DNA from: Candidatus Nealsonbacteria bacterium
GTDB taxonomy: Bacteria; Patescibacteriota; Minisyncoccia; Minisyncoccales; RBG-13-42-11
Direction of reading: 5' to 3'
DNA length: 64,000 nucleotides
Assembly (NCBI GenBank): GCA_026396115.1
Contig: JAPLXL010000004.1
Coordinates: 19,805 to 83,804, forward strand
Both the position numbers and the translations under genes were made by a program. Within the stretch, counting starts at the first letter, position 1. Each line of letters starts with the position of its first letter. Positions 52,959-62,575 of this stretch are shown piece by piece. The notes under the pieces were generated by a model. It was not told the origin of the DNA and searched no databases. It worked only from the letters and a program-made list of their open reading frames with translations.

Positions 52959-53036
52959 GGGCGAAGAAATAAATCTCTTCTTCCGCCTCAGCTTACACTT
53001 CGGCAATCGAAGCTGGAGATGAATCTTTAGATTCAT
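52959..53036 (+). repeat. GCPE variant plus TGAAT-arm hairpin (galT-tpiA spacer)
   Basis: GGGCGAAGAAATaaATCTCTTCTTCCGCCTCAGCTTACACTTCGGCA then ATCGAAGCTGGAG-ATGAATCtttaGATTCAT. Confidence 0.7.
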
Positions 53037-54064
53037 TGACTCCTTAAATAGGCGGCGGCTTTTTCGGGCTCAATGGTGGAAATTTCCATTCTGGTGCCTA
53101 TTTCAAAACCGGCCCAAGTTGAAGTTTTGGGCAATATCGTCCAATGCCAATGATAATAAGGATATTTTTTTCCGTCGCAGGGAGCAGTATGTAAATAAAA
53201 ATTATAGGCAGGGTCGGATAGCCCTTTATAAAGCTTGCTTAGGACTTTCTGAAAGACCTCTGCCAAATGCCATTTTTCTTCTTCCGTAACTTTTTCAAAA
53301 TAAGGAAGGTGAACTTTGGGCGAAACAATAACCTGAAAAGCAGATTTGGAAGCAAAAGGGCAAAAAGCCAAAAAATACTTATTTTCAAAAACAATTCTTT
53401 TCTTCATTTTTCTCTCCCAATCATTCATCTGACAATAAATACATTTTTTTGTTTTTCTGTAATATTTTTCTGAATTATTGAGGGCTTTGCTTAAATCAAT
53501 ATCAATTAAAGGAGTGGTGATTATTTGAGAATGGGGGTGAGAAATGGAAGCTCCAGCTTCCAATCCATGATTATGAAAAATTGAAATATAATTAACAAAA
53601 TTTTTATCCATTAAATTTTGATATCTTTTCTGGTAAACATCGAAAACTTCTTTCACTTCCTCAATTTTAAATTGGCCCAAAAATTTCCAATGATCCCGAG
53701 TAACAACTACTTCATGAAAACCGACAGCATTCATTTTTTCATAAAAAGGCCCCTCTTTTCTTTCTTCTAATTTGGGGTAAGGAATAAAAGCCGGGTACTT
53801 GTTGGGAACGACAATGGTGGTCCATTCTTTAGGGATTTTATTGGCAGAAAACTTTTTCCCCTGAACAAAAATAAGAGTTGGTTTTTTTTGGGTGTCAATT
53901 TTACAAAAAGGACACTGCTCTTGCACTAACTTTTCTTTCGCTCTTCTTTCTTTTTTAAAAGTTTCCGGTCTTCTGGCACGACCCGTAGCAATTACCACCC
54001 AATCTTTAGATAACGAATCAAAACGCAGCTCGGAGGGAAATTTCTTTTTGGAATTTTTAGACAT
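53033..54064 (-). CDS. galT: Galactose-1-phosphate uridylyltransferase-like (HIT superfamily)
   Basis: CPFC zinc motif, active-site HPHSQI, second half-barrel. Confidence 0.85.
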   Translation of the reverse strand: MSKNSKKKFPSELRFDSLSKDWVVIATGRARRPETFKKERRAKEKLVQEQCPFCKIDTQKKPTLIFVQGKKFSANKIPKEWTTIVVPNKYPAFIPYPKLEERKEGPFYEKMNAVGFHEVVVTRDHWKFLGQFKIEEVKEVFDVYQKRYQNLMDKNFVNYISIFHNHGLEAGASISHPHSQIITTPLIDIDLSKALNNSEKYYRKTKKCIYCQMNDWERKMKKRIVFENKYFLAFCPFASKSAFQVIVSPKVHLPYFEKVTEEEKWHLAEVFQKVLSKLYKGLSDPAYNFYLHTAPCDGKKYPYYHWHWTILPKTSTWAGFEIGTRMEISTIEPEKAAAYLRSQ

Positions 54065-54082
54065 TGAAATAAATCTTTGATT

Positions 54083-54131
54083 ATCGAGCTTCCGAAGGAA
54101 GCGAAGATGAAGAAGAGATTTATCTCTTCAA
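54083..54131 (-). repeat. GCPE repeat, full form (GT2-galT spacer)
   Basis: ATCGAGCTTCCgaaGGAAGCGAAGATGAAGAAGAGATttATCTCTTCAA; supplies the last codons and stop of the GT2 gene. Confidence 0.9.
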
Positions 54132-54860
54132 CTCATTTCGGTCTTTGATTAAATTTAATCTTATCTTAATTAAATCAATAGCCATTTTAATTATGCTTTT
54201 TAAATTAACCTTGCTTTCGGGATCATTTTTCCAATAAACCGGAATTTCTTTAATTTTATATCCTAACGATTTCCCAATAATTAAAACCTCGGCGTCAAAA
54301 GCAAAATGATTAATTTTGCATCTGGGAAAAATCTCTTCTGTCGCTTTTTTGGTAAAGCATTTAAATCCGCATTGAGTGTCTTGAATTCCCCAAAGACCCA
54401 AAATTATCTTTCTGTATAATTTAAATCCTTTTCCTAAAATTTTATCTCTTATCCATGGCTGAGGGGGATCCAAAACCGCTCCCTCAGCATCTCTTGAACC
54501 GATTACAACATCATAATTTTTTTTAAACTCCGGCCACATTTTTTCAATCTGATCAATTGAAGTGGAGTTATCGGCATCAACAAAAATCCGGAAATCTCCT
54601 TTGGCCATCAACATGCCTTTTTTTACGGCAAAACCCTTACCTCGACCGCCCAATCCCTCAATTAGTTTTAATTCTTTAATCTGACCTGCCAAATTTCTAG
54701 CGATTTGGGCGGTTTTATCCGTTGAACCATTGTCCACAACTAAAATTTCATAATCGTAAGATTGCCGAGACAAATAATCATTGATTGATTGCAAAGTTCC
54801 TGTAAGCCTTTTTTCCTCATTGTAAGTTGGAATAATCACCGAAAGATAAATTTCTGACAT
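54120..54860 (-). CDS. Family 2 glycosyltransferase (polyprenyl-phosphate glycosyltransferase-like)
   Basis: LSVIIPTYNE, VVDNGSTD, FVDADNS (DxD) motifs. Confidence 0.85.
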   Translation of the reverse strand: MSEIYLSVIIPTYNEEKRLTGTLQSINDYLSRQSYDYEILVVDNGSTDKTAQIARNLAGQIKELKLIEGLGGRGKGFAVKKGMLMAKGDFRIFVDADNSTSIDQIEKMWPEFKKNYDVVIGSRDAEGAVLDPPQPWIRDKILGKGFKLYRKIILGLWGIQDTQCGFKCFTKKATEEIFPRCKINHFAFDAEVLIIGKSLGYKIKEIPVYWKNDPESKVNLKSIIKMAIDLIKIRLNLIKDRNELKR

Positions 54861-54864
54861 TGGG

Positions 54865-55626
54865 TTATTTTAGCATAGTTAAAATTTTTGCTCCACCCTT
54901 TATAACAGCAATTGTATGTTCAAAATGGCAAGATAAAGAGCCATCTTGGGTTTCAAAACCATGGCCATCTTTCGATTTTTTTATTCCCCAATCACCTATT
55001 GTCACCATGGGCTCTAAACACAAAACCATGCCTTCTTTAATTTCAAAACCCTTATGTCTTTTTCCATAATTCAAAATTTGAGGTTCTTCGTGAATCTCTT
55101 TTCCTATGCCGTGACCGCAAAGTTCGCGAACGACATTAAAACCCTGCGATTCAACATATCTTTGAATAGTATTGCCAATGTCGCCAATTTTATTTCCCGG
55201 CCTTATTTTTTTAATTCCTCTTTTTAAGGCCTTCTTGGTTGCCCGAATCAATCTCAAAACTTCAGGCTTTACTTTTCCTACGGCTAAGGTAACTGCCATA
55301 TCGGTGTGATATCCTTTATAAAAAAGCCCTAAATCAAGGGAAATAATATCTCCTTCGATTATCATTCTGCTTGAGGGCACAGCATGAACAATTTCTTCAT
55401 TAATTGAAGTGCAAAGACAAGCCGGAAAACCTTCGTATCCCTTAAAAGAACATTTTCCTCCAGATTTTAAAATCAGGCTCTCGGCAAGCCTGTCTAATTC
55501 CTTAGTGGTGATTCCCGGCCTTACTTTTTTTTCCAATTCTTTTATAATTTTCGCCAGAATTCTGCCACCCTCTGCTATTATCTCAATTTCCCTTTCTGTT
55601 TTTATCGTAATCATCTCATAGTACAT
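54865..55626 (-). CDS. map: Methionine aminopeptidase type I
   Basis: Pita-bread metal ligands (DLG..YHTDM, GHGIG, EPM, EHT). Confidence 0.94.
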   Translation of the reverse strand: MYYEMITIKTEREIEIIAEGGRILAKIIKELEKKVRPGITTKELDRLAESLILKSGGKCSFKGYEGFPACLCTSINEEIVHAVPSSRMIIEGDIISLDLGLFYKGYHTDMAVTLAVGKVKPEVLRLIRATKKALKRGIKKIRPGNKIGDIGNTIQRYVESQGFNVVRELCGHGIGKEIHEEPQILNYGKRHKGFEIKEGMVLCLEPMVTIGDWGIKKSKDGHGFETQDGSLSCHFEHTIAVIKGGAKILTMLK

Positions 55627-55647
55627 TTTCCACGGCCGTGGAAAATG
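55624..55647. other. Perfect 24-bp palindrome containing the map start codon
   Basis: CATTTTCCACGGCCGTGGAAAATG is its own reverse complement. Confidence 0.9.
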
Positions 55648-55660
55648 TGGAATAATCTAT

Positions 55661-56242
55661 TTATGAGGATTTTAGAATTTGGGATAAAATTTCCCTTGTT
55701 TTTTTCTTTACTTCGTCAATCGTGCCAGTATTAACAATTGTAAAATCTGCCATAACAATAGGACCACCTTTTTCTAAATTTTCGATTTCCGCGTAGTCGC
55801 GTGCTTTTGCCTCTTCTTCTGTAAAATTTCTGAATCGCTGATTTTGATCATTTTCAACACTCCTGTTTTTCAGTCTTGAATATCTTAACGTTGGCGGAGT
55901 ATAAACCGCTACCACATACATTGCGTCTCCGTATCTTTCTTTAAGAATTTTATACTCTGACCAACTATATAGTCCGTCGCCAACTACATTAGATTTTTTT
56001 ATTAATTCATCTATTTTAGGAATATTCAGTACGGCAAATGCCCCCATGCCGTATTTTTTTCTTAAGCCCTCTCTTATCTTTCTTTCGTTGGCTTCGTTAA
56101 CTTCAAGATTCTTTTCCTTGACCATATCAAGAGTAATTTGTCCGAACCTAAAAAAAGCAAAACCACTTTTCACCAGCTCATCAGAAACCACGCTCTTGCC
56201 TGCACCGGCCATTCCCACAACACAAACAATTTTATTTGGCAT
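55661..56242 (-). CDS. P-loop nucleotide kinase-like protein (dephospho-CoA kinase/UPF0200-like) inserted between adk and map
   Basis: Walker A GMAGAGKS; 193 aa; specific substrate not assignable. Confidence 0.6.
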   Translation of the reverse strand: MPNKIVCVVGMAGAGKSVVSDELVKSGFAFFRFGQITLDMVKEKNLEVNEANERKIREGLRKKYGMGAFAVLNIPKIDELIKKSNVVGDGLYSWSEYKILKERYGDAMYVVAVYTPPTLRYSRLKNRSVENDQNQRFRNFTEEEAKARDYAEIENLEKGGPIVMADFTIVNTGTIDEVKKKTREILSQILKSS

Positions 56243-56249
56243 AAAAAAA

Positions 56250-56924
56250 TTATTTAATATTTTTCAAAATATCTTTGAAAACGTCTTCAATAGATTGTTC
56301 GCCATTTACCTTAACTAATCTTCCCGCTTTACGATAATAATTTACTATTAGTTGAACATCTGTTCTGAACCATTTCAAGCGATTTTTAACCGACCCAATA
56401 GTATCGTCGCTTCTCTGAACCAATCTGCCTCCGCACTTTGGACATCTTTTAATTTTTCTGAAATGACCAACAAAAGAAATAATTTCTTTACATTTTTGGC
56501 AGATTCTTCTTTTGGTCAATCTCCAAATCGCTTCTTTATTAGAAATATCAATTAAAATAATTTTGACGTTTTTATCCCACCCATAAAACTCAAAAGCTTC
56601 GTCTATTAAATAAGCTTCTAAAATCTTTCTTGGGTTACCATCCATTATAAGACCTTTAAAATTATCTTTTGTTTTTAACTCCTCAACTCTATCAAGCCAG
56701 AGTTTAAAAATAGCCGGCGTAGGAATTAATCCTCCAACAGCCAATATTCTAGCAATTTTTTTTCCTGTAAAATCTTTTTTCTTAGCTCTAGCCCTTAATA
56801 AATCACCGCTACCAATATAATCTAATCCAAATTTTTCTCTCACAAAATCAGCCTGGGTCCCCTTACCAGAACCAGATTTACCAAGTAAAATAATAACTCT
56901 TGGATTTTTAGAAAGTCTATTCAT
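56250..56924 (-). CDS. adk: Adenylate kinase (zinc-lid type)
   Basis: GKSGSGKGTQ P-loop; lid CQKC..CPKCGG. Confidence 0.92.
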   Translation of the reverse strand: MNRLSKNPRVIILLGKSGSGKGTQADFVREKFGLDYIGSGDLLRARAKKKDFTGKKIARILAVGGLIPTPAIFKLWLDRVEELKTKDNFKGLIMDGNPRKILEAYLIDEAFEFYGWDKNVKIILIDISNKEAIWRLTKRRICQKCKEIISFVGHFRKIKRCPKCGGRLVQRSDDTIGSVKNRLKWFRTDVQLIVNYYRKAGRLVKVNGEQSIEDVFKDILKNIK

Positions 56925-56936
56925 GCTAATGGAAAA

Positions 56937-58214
56937 TTAAAATGTCTCATATTCCCGCATTTGTAATTGGGCATTGATTTGACGCATTACGTCCAAAACC
57001 ACAGAAACCACGATTAATAAAGCAGTTCCTCCGATTAAAAACTTAAAAACCATAACCCCGGTTATTGCCCCAATAATTGAAGGCATTATGGCAATCGTGC
57101 CCAAAAACAAAGCACCAACCAACAAGACCCTATTTAGGATATAATACATAAAATTGGCGGTACTTTCTCCCGGTCTGATACCCGGAATAAATCCGCCCAT
57201 TTTCTGCAAGTTGCTCGAGACGGCCTTGGGGTCAAAGGTAACTGCAGTATAAAAATAAGTAAAAAGAACAACCAGAATAAAATATAAGATGCTGTAAAAC
57301 CACATATTCTCAAAGGCCCTGCCCACACCTTGAGCAATTGAACCCACTATTCCGCCAACCCCTCCCAAAAAATTAGCAATCATACTGGGAAAAAGCATAA
57401 TTGATAAAGCAAAAATAATTGGAATTACTCCGGCCGGGTTAATATTTAATGGCAAATAAGTGGACGCCCCCCCATACATTTTGTTACCTCTTACTCTTTT
57501 GGCGTAAGAAACCGGGATGTTCCGACGACCCTCGTTAATCAAAACCACGCCGGCTATAATAATCAAAGCCATAGCGAAGAAAAATAAATAAGAAGGAATT
57601 TTGGCAGGGTCCCAGGTAAGCAGCATTTGTCTGATGTTATTTGGAATATCGGAAATAATTCCGGCAAAAATTAATAATGATACGCCGTTGCCAATTCCTT
57701 TTTCAGAAATTAGTTCTCCCAGCCACATCAAAAATATGGTTCCGGCAGTAATAGTTAAAATTGAAGTGATAATTAAACCAAGGGGAAGCGTCTCAATTAT
57801 TCCTTGACGCTGAAAAAGAGTAAGCATGGCGTAGCCCTGGAGAAATCCCAAGGGGATCGCTAAAATTCTTCCGTATTGATTAAATTTTTCCCTTCCCTCT
57901 TCTCCCTCTTCTTTATATATCTTTTCCAGGGCTGGAAATATCATTGTTAACAATTGTATAATAATCGTGGCAGTTATATATGGTCCCAATCCCAACATTA
58001 TAATTGAAAGTTTATCTAAGGCTCCGCCAGTAAACAAATTTAAAAGTCCAAAAATCTGATTGGCTTCAAAAAATTCTCGCATTTTTTCTGCTGAAATTCC
58101 CGGCATGGGAATATTAGCCATCAATCTAAAAACAATGAAAATGCCAAGAACAAAAAGAATCTTATTTCTCAAATCAGGGGTCTTAAATATTTGAATGATT
58201 TTTTGATACCACAT
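56937..58214 (-). CDS. secY: Preprotein translocase subunit SecY
   Basis: 425 aa, 10 TM; conserved GISPYITA-like (GLGPYITATII) and GTALLI blocks. Confidence 0.95.
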   Translation of the reverse strand: MWYQKIIQIFKTPDLRNKILFVLGIFIVFRLMANIPMPGISAEKMREFFEANQIFGLLNLFTGGALDKLSIIMLGLGPYITATIIIQLLTMIFPALEKIYKEEGEEGREKFNQYGRILAIPLGFLQGYAMLTLFQRQGIIETLPLGLIITSILTITAGTIFLMWLGELISEKGIGNGVSLLIFAGIISDIPNNIRQMLLTWDPAKIPSYLFFFAMALIIIAGVVLINEGRRNIPVSYAKRVRGNKMYGGASTYLPLNINPAGVIPIIFALSIMLFPSMIANFLGGVGGIVGSIAQGVGRAFENMWFYSILYFILVVLFTYFYTAVTFDPKAVSSNLQKMGGFIPGIRPGESTANFMYYILNRVLLVGALFLGTIAIMPSIIGAITGVMVFKFLIGGTALLIVVSVVLDVMRQINAQLQMREYETF

Positions 58215-58650
58215 GTTTTACGGTGCCACCGGCTTTTTCAATTTTTTCTTTAGCTGATTTTGAAACTTCACAGTTTTCAACGGTCAAATTTTTAGTTATT
58301 TTTCCTCTGCCCAAAATTTTAACTTTTGGTGTTCTTCCTAATATTTTAGAAACTAAACCGTATTTTTGCAATATTTCGGGGGAAACTTTTTGCCCGGACT
58401 CAAGTTTTTTCTCTAATATTTCCAGATTCACCACTACCTCAATTTTTGGTGCATGGGTTGATTTTTGTCTGTATCCTCTTAACTTCGGATATCTTTTAAT
58501 CAATTCTCGAATTATCGGCTTAAATTTCCCTCCGGCTCGGGACTTTTGTCCTTTCATCCCGCGACCGGAATAAGTACCCTTTTTACCACCTCTTCCTACC
58601 AGCCTCCGATGTTTTTTGCGATGAATTGGTTTTATTTCGTATAATTGCAT
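58183..58650 (-). CDS. rplO: 50S ribosomal protein L15
   Basis: RLVGRGGKKGTYSGRGMKGQKSR signature; directly follows rpsE with no L30 gene between. Confidence 0.93.
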   Translation of the reverse strand: MQLYEIKPIHRKKHRRLVGRGGKKGTYSGRGMKGQKSRAGGKFKPIIRELIKRYPKLRGYRQKSTHAPKIEVVVNLEILEKKLESGQKVSPEILQKYGLVSKILGRTPKVKILGRGKITKNLTVENCEVSKSAKEKIEKAGGTVKHVVSKNHSNI

Positions 58651-58661
58651 GTTATTAAAAA

Positions 58662-59138
58662 TTAGGATTTTGGATTTTGGATTTTAAGGCTCTTTAGAGC
58701 TTTTATGGTGGCTTGAGCATTATTTAATTTGTTTCCGGTTCTACCCAAAATTTTAGAAGAAATATTTCTTATTCCCGCCAAAGTACAAATAACTCTAACT
58801 ACTCCGCCTGCCACCAGACCTCTTCCTTTTCTTTGAGGTTTTAAAATGACTTCAGCTGCCCCGAATTTAGCAAAAACTTCATGGGGAATTGTATCTTCCT
58901 TTATAGGAACTACAATTAAATTTTTCTTAGCCATTCTTGTGGCTTTTTCTACTGCCTGAGCCACATCTAAACCTTTTGATACCCCGACTCCCACTTTTCC
59001 TTGTTTGTTTCCAATAATAACTACTGCCCGAAACCTAAGACGCTTTCCACCACCCGTAACTCGCGTCACTCTCGCCAAATCCAAAAGCTTAGATTCAAAC
59101 TCATCTTTTATTTTTTCTTTAAAAAATTCTCTTCTCAT
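58662..59138 (-). CDS. rpsE: 30S ribosomal protein S5
   Basis: VTRVTGGGKRLRFRAVVIIGN, GRGLVAGGVVR. Confidence 0.95.
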   Translation of the reverse strand: MRREFFKEKIKDEFESKLLDLARVTRVTGGGKRLRFRAVVIIGNKQGKVGVGVSKGLDVAQAVEKATRMAKKNLIVVPIKEDTIPHEVFAKFGAAEVILKPQRKGRGLVAGGVVRVICTLAGIRNISSKILGRTGNKLNNAQATIKALKSLKIQNPKS

Positions 59139-59240
59139 ATCGAGCTTTCGCGTAGCGAAAGCGAAGTCGAAGAAGATTTCTTCTTCTCCACCTCAGCTGA
59201 AGCTTCGGTAGATGAAGAAGAGGACGACGTCCTCTTCGCC
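59139..59240 (-). repeat. GCPE triple composite unit (rplR-rpsE spacer)
   Basis: ATCGAGCTTTCGCgtaGCGAAAGCGAAGTCGAAGAAGAtttCTTCTTC-TCCACCTCAGCTGAAGCTTCGGTAG-ATGAAGAAGAGGAcgacgTCCTCTTCGCC; abuts rpsE ATG. Confidence 0.92.
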
Positions 59241-59255
59241 TTTAATAATTTAAAA

Positions 59256-59624
59256 TTAAAATTTTAGACCTCCTTCCCTCGCTCCCTCAGCCACAGCTCT
59301 CACCCGACCATGATATTTATATCCTCCCCTATCAAAAACAACTCTTTCAATCTTTAAATCTTTAGCTTTTTTTGCAATTAACTTTCCAACCTCTTTAGCT
59401 TTTTCAATTTTGGTTCCACGGTTTTTTTTAAATTCTAAATCACTGGCCTCGATAATAGTTTTAGCTTTCTCGTCGTCAATCAATTGAGCATAAATATGTT
59501 TTTCTGATCTAAAAACACAAAGTCGAGACTTATCGGCCGTTCCAAAAACTTTTGCTCTAATTCTTTTATGGCGTCTATGTCTTTTTTCTTGTTTTTCTAA
59601 CATATTATTTTTATTTGCCTCCAA
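59256..59624 (-). CDS. rplR: 50S ribosomal protein L18
   Basis: [18 protein letters not shown].., [24 protein letters not shown]. Confidence 0.95.
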   Translation of the reverse strand: MEANKNNMLEKQEKRHRRHKRIRAKVFGTADKSRLCVFRSEKHIYAQLIDDEKAKTIIEASDLEFKKNRGTKIEKAKEVGKLIAKKAKDLKIERVVFDRGGYKYHGRVRAVAEGAREGGLKF

Positions 59625-60192
59625 CTGTTGCTGCCTTCTTTCCGACTTTTCTTCTGATTATTTCTCCTGCATACTTTATTCCCTTCCCTTTATAAGGTTC
59701 AGCCGGCTTTACTTTTCTTATGACCGAAGCAAATTGGCCAACTAATTCTTTATCAATTCCAGATACAGTAATAACATTTTTATCTACTGAAATTTTTATT
59801 ACTTGGGGAATTTTTAGCTTTATTGGATGGCTGAAACCAGCGTATAACACAAGTTCTTCTCCTGAAACCTCTGCCTTGAATCCAATTCCTTCTATTTCCA
59901 ACTTTTTTTCAAAACCGGCAGTAACTCCTTCTATCATATTAGCAACCAACATTCTAGTTAATCCCCAAAAAGACTTAATTTTTTTTTGCTGCAAACCTTG
60001 CAATTTTTTCTTTTCCTGCATTTTTTGCTGTGGAAAGACAAAGATTTTATCATCTTTTGTCTCAATCTTAATTTCTGGTCGAAATTCTTTTGAAATTTCG
60101 CCTTTGGGACCCTTCGCTGTCACTTTCTGGTTATCTATTTTCACTTCAACTCCTGACGATATTATAATTGGTTTTTTGCCTATACGGGACAT
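59611..60192 (-). CDS. rplF: 50S ribosomal protein L6
   Basis: MSRIGKKPI.., [10 protein letters not shown]. Confidence 0.95.
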   Translation of the reverse strand: MSRIGKKPIIISSGVEVKIDNQKVTAKGPKGEISKEFRPEIKIETKDDKIFVFPQQKMQEKKKLQGLQQKKIKSFWGLTRMLVANMIEGVTAGFEKKLEIEGIGFKAEVSGEELVLYAGFSHPIKLKIPQVIKISVDKNVITVSGIDKELVGQFASVIRKVKPAEPYKGKGIKYAGEIIRRKVGKKAATVGGK

Positions 60193-60207
60193 ATAAATAA
60201 ACGACGA

Positions 60208-60600
60208 TTACCATATCTCACATAATACTTCGCCCCCCAATCTTTGTTTTCTTGCTTCTTTATCTATCATCAGTCCTCCTTTTGAAGTAGATATTATCGC
60301 CATTCCGTAACCTCCTTTAACCCTTTTTATTTGAGTTGAATCAAGATAAATCCTTTGACCGGGCTTTGAAACTCTTTTTAATCCTGAAATTGCCGGAGTT
60401 TTATCACGGTATTTTAAGGTAATGACAATAGCTCTTTTCACTTTTCTGCCTTTTTTCTCAACTTTTTCAATAAAACCATGTTTTTTTAAAATTTTAGCAA
60501 TTTCATATTTGAAATTAGAAAACGGCACTTCAACCGTTGGATGGCTAACAGCTTGAGCATTTTTTATTCTATTTAACATGTCGGCAATTGGATCGGTCAT
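60208..60600 (-). CDS. rpsH: 30S ribosomal protein S8
   Basis: ATG 60600 (MTDPIADMLNRIKNA) preferred over upstream TTG of ORF 60208..60615. Confidence 0.94.
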   Translation of the reverse strand: MTDPIADMLNRIKNAQAVSHPTVEVPFSNFKYEIAKILKKHGFIEKVEKKGRKVKRAIVITLKYRDKTPAISGLKRVSKPGQRIYLDSTQIKRVKGGYGMAIISTSKGGLMIDKEARKQRLGGEVLCEIW

Positions 60601-60608
60601 ATGTTTTT

Positions 60609-60794
60609 TTACCAACTAGATTTCTTAATTCCCGGTATTAACCCTTGATTTGCCATTTCTCGAAAACAGATACGACATAATCCGAATTTACGCATATATC
60701 CTCTCTTTCTTCCACATCTAAAACAACGCCTTACTACTCGACTTTTGTACTTTGGTTTTTTTAAAGATTTAGCTATCTGCGCTTTTGTTGCCAT
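60609..60794 (-). CDS. rpsN: 30S ribosomal protein S14, short zinc-binding type
   Basis: 61 aa; CFRCGR..GLCRIC. Confidence 0.94.
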   Translation of the reverse strand: MATKAQIAKSLKKPKYKSRVVRRCFRCGRKRGYMRKFGLCRICFREMANQGLIPGIKKSSW

Positions 60795-60795
60795 G

Positions 60796-61347
60796 TTATT
60801 TAATGGGAAATCCTAACAATCTAAATAATTCCAATGCTTCTTCTTGATTTTTAGCGGTGGTAACAATAATTACTTCTAATCCAAAAATGTTTTTTACTTT
60901 TTCCGGCAAAATTTCAGGAAAAGCAATGTGTTCTTTAATGGCGATAGTTAAATTGCCTTGTTTGTCGACGGATTCAGAAGGAATTCCTTTAAAATCTCTT
61001 GTTCGAGGAAGAGTAAGATGAATAAGTCTTTCTAAAAAATCTGTCATCTTCTTGCCATTTAAATTAACCTTTACTCCAATCGGCATGCCTTGGCGAATTT
61101 TAAAACTTGAAATTGCTTTCTTGGCGTATGTTTTTACGGCTCTCTGTCCGCATATTATACCAATATCCTCCAAAATAAAATCTATAATCTTTTTTTGTTC
61201 ATCGTTTGTTTTGCCGGCCACCTGTCTACCACAGCCAGTATTAATCACCACCTTTTCGATTTTAGGCACATTCATAGTGTTCTTATAGCCAAATTTTTCC
61301 ATCATTTTGGCAACTACTTCTTTTTGATATTTTTCTTTTAATCGCAT
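60796..61347 (-). CDS. rplE: 50S ribosomal protein L5
   Basis: ATG 61347 ([11 protein letters not shown]..) preferred over upstream GTG of ORF 60796..61368. Confidence 0.94.
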   Translation of the reverse strand: MRLKEKYQKEVVAKMMEKFGYKNTMNVPKIEKVVINTGCGRQVAGKTNDEQKKIIDFILEDIGIICGQRAVKTYAKKAISSFKIRQGMPIGVKVNLNGKKMTDFLERLIHLTLPRTRDFKGIPSESVDKQGNLTIAIKEHIAFPEILPEKVKNIFGLEVIIVTTAKNQEEALELFRLLGFPIK

Positions 61348-61351
61348 TGTT

Positions 61352-61657
61352 TTAGGTTTCCTGACCACATTTTTTACAAATTCTATATTTTTTATTTTCC
61401 ATGATTTTATACCCTATCCTGGTTGGTTTTCCGCATTTAGAACAAATTAGTTTTACATTAGAAATAGAAATGGAACCGGGGAGCTTGATAATTTGCCCTT
61501 TTTCTCCTGAATTTTTTGGTTTACGATGTTTTTTTCTTAAATTAACTCCCTCTACCATCACTCTATTTTCTTTCGGAAAAACCTGCAAAATTTTACTTTT
61601 TTTCCACCGGTCTTTTCCAGAAATTACTAAAACTGTGTCACCTTTTTTTACCTTCAT
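61352..61657 (-). CDS. rplX: 50S ribosomal protein L24
   Basis: MKVKKGDTVLVISGKDR KOW motif; C-terminal Cys pairs. Confidence 0.94.
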   Translation of the reverse strand: MKVKKGDTVLVISGKDRWKKSKILQVFPKENRVMVEGVNLRKKHRKPKNSGEKGQIIKLPGSISISNVKLICSKCGKPTRIGYKIMENKKYRICKKCGQET

Positions 61658-62025
61658 ATTGTTTCTGTCGCTAAATTTGCTATTTTGCTAAAACCTTTTT
61701 CTTTAATTTCTTTTGGCAAAGGACCAATAACTCTTCCCCCTTTTGGATCTTTAGTTTTGCCCTCTAAAATTACGGCCGCGTTGTCATCAAATCGAATATA
61801 GGTGCCGTCTTTTCTCCGAAAATTCTTTTTTTGACGAACTATTACTGCCCTGACCACATCGTGTTTTTTAACAATTCTTCTCGGCTCAGCTTCTTTAACG
61901 GTGCCCACAATAACATCACCAATTTGAGCAAAATGCTTTCTCGTTCCACCCAAAACACAGAAACATTGAATAATTTTTGCTCCGGTATTATCTACAACTT
62001 TTAACATTGTACGTGGCTGTATCAT
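61654..62025 (-). CDS. rplN: 50S ribosomal protein L14
   Basis: MIQPRTMLKVVDNTGAK.. Confidence 0.96.
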   Translation of the reverse strand: MIQPRTMLKVVDNTGAKIIQCFCVLGGTRKHFAQIGDVIVGTVKEAEPRRIVKKHDVVRAVIVRQKKNFRRKDGTYIRFDDNAAVILEGKTKDPKGGRVIGPLPKEIKEKGFSKIANLATETI

Positions 62026-62029
62026 AAAA

Positions 62030-62266
62030 TTAAATCTTTTTTATTACTCTCCATTTTTTATCTTTACTAACAGGTCGGCATTCTTCAATTACCACTTTAT
62101 CGCCAACTTTATAATCTCCTTCTTCTTCAATATGGGCTTTGTAATTTTTATGAACCTTAAATCTTCTTTTGTATTTTTTATGTTCTTTCAGTCGTTCAAC
62201 TCTAACTACAATCGTCTTTTGCATTTTATTTGAAATAATATTTCCTATTAATTGTTTTTTGGACAT
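62030..62266 (-). CDS. rpsQ: 30S ribosomal protein S17
   Basis: KMQKTIVVRVERLKEHKKYKR..; 78 aa. Confidence 0.94.
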   Translation of the reverse strand: MSKKQLIGNIISNKMQKTIVVRVERLKEHKKYKRRFKVHKNYKAHIEEEGDYKVGDKVVIEECRPVSKDKKWRVIKKI

Positions 62267-62270
62267 ACGA

Positions 62271-62507
62271 TTATCCTTGAGGCGAAGAGGACTTCGTCCT
62301 CTTCTTCACCTTCGCTCCGCTGCCGTGGAGCTCGGTTAATAAAGTTAATATTTGGGCGATTTCTTTTTTAACCTTGCGGATTTCTCTGACATTTTTTACT
62401 TTTCCTGTTATCAAATCAAATCTAAGCTGTCTTAATTTTTCTCGATCATCTCTTAAGATCTTTTGAATTTCTTCTTTAGATTTTCTGCGCAATTCGTCAA
62501 TTTTCAT
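62271..62507 (-). CDS. rpmC: 50S ribosomal protein L29 with repeat-derived C-terminal extension
   Basis: L29 helical hairpin (ELRRKSKEEI..LRQLRFDL..); last about 19 aa (LHGSGAKVKKRTKSSSPQG) encoded by repeat 62281-62336. Confidence 0.9.
   Translation of the reverse strand: MKIDELRRKSKEEIQKILRDDREKLRQLRFDLITGKVKNVREIRKVKKEIAQILTLLTELHGSGAKVKKRTKSSSPQG
62281..62336 (+). repeat. GCPE repeat, full form, forming the rpmC 3' end
   Basis: GGCGAAGAGGActtcgTCCTCTTCTTCACCTTC-GCTCCgctgccgtGGAGC-TCGGT. Confidence 0.9.
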
Positions 62508-62509
62508 AA

Positions 62510-62563
62510 ACCGAGTCCCGTTTACGGGACGAAGGTGAAGAAGAGAACGAAGTCCTCTTCGCC
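62510..62563 (-). repeat. GCPE repeat, full form (rplP-rpmC spacer)
   Basis: ACCGAGTCCCGtttaCGGGACGAAGGTGAAGAAGAGAACGAAGTCCTCTTCGCC; CTCGGTTTATG junction with rpmC. Confidence 0.9.
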
Positions 62564-62575
62564 TTATAACTTATT

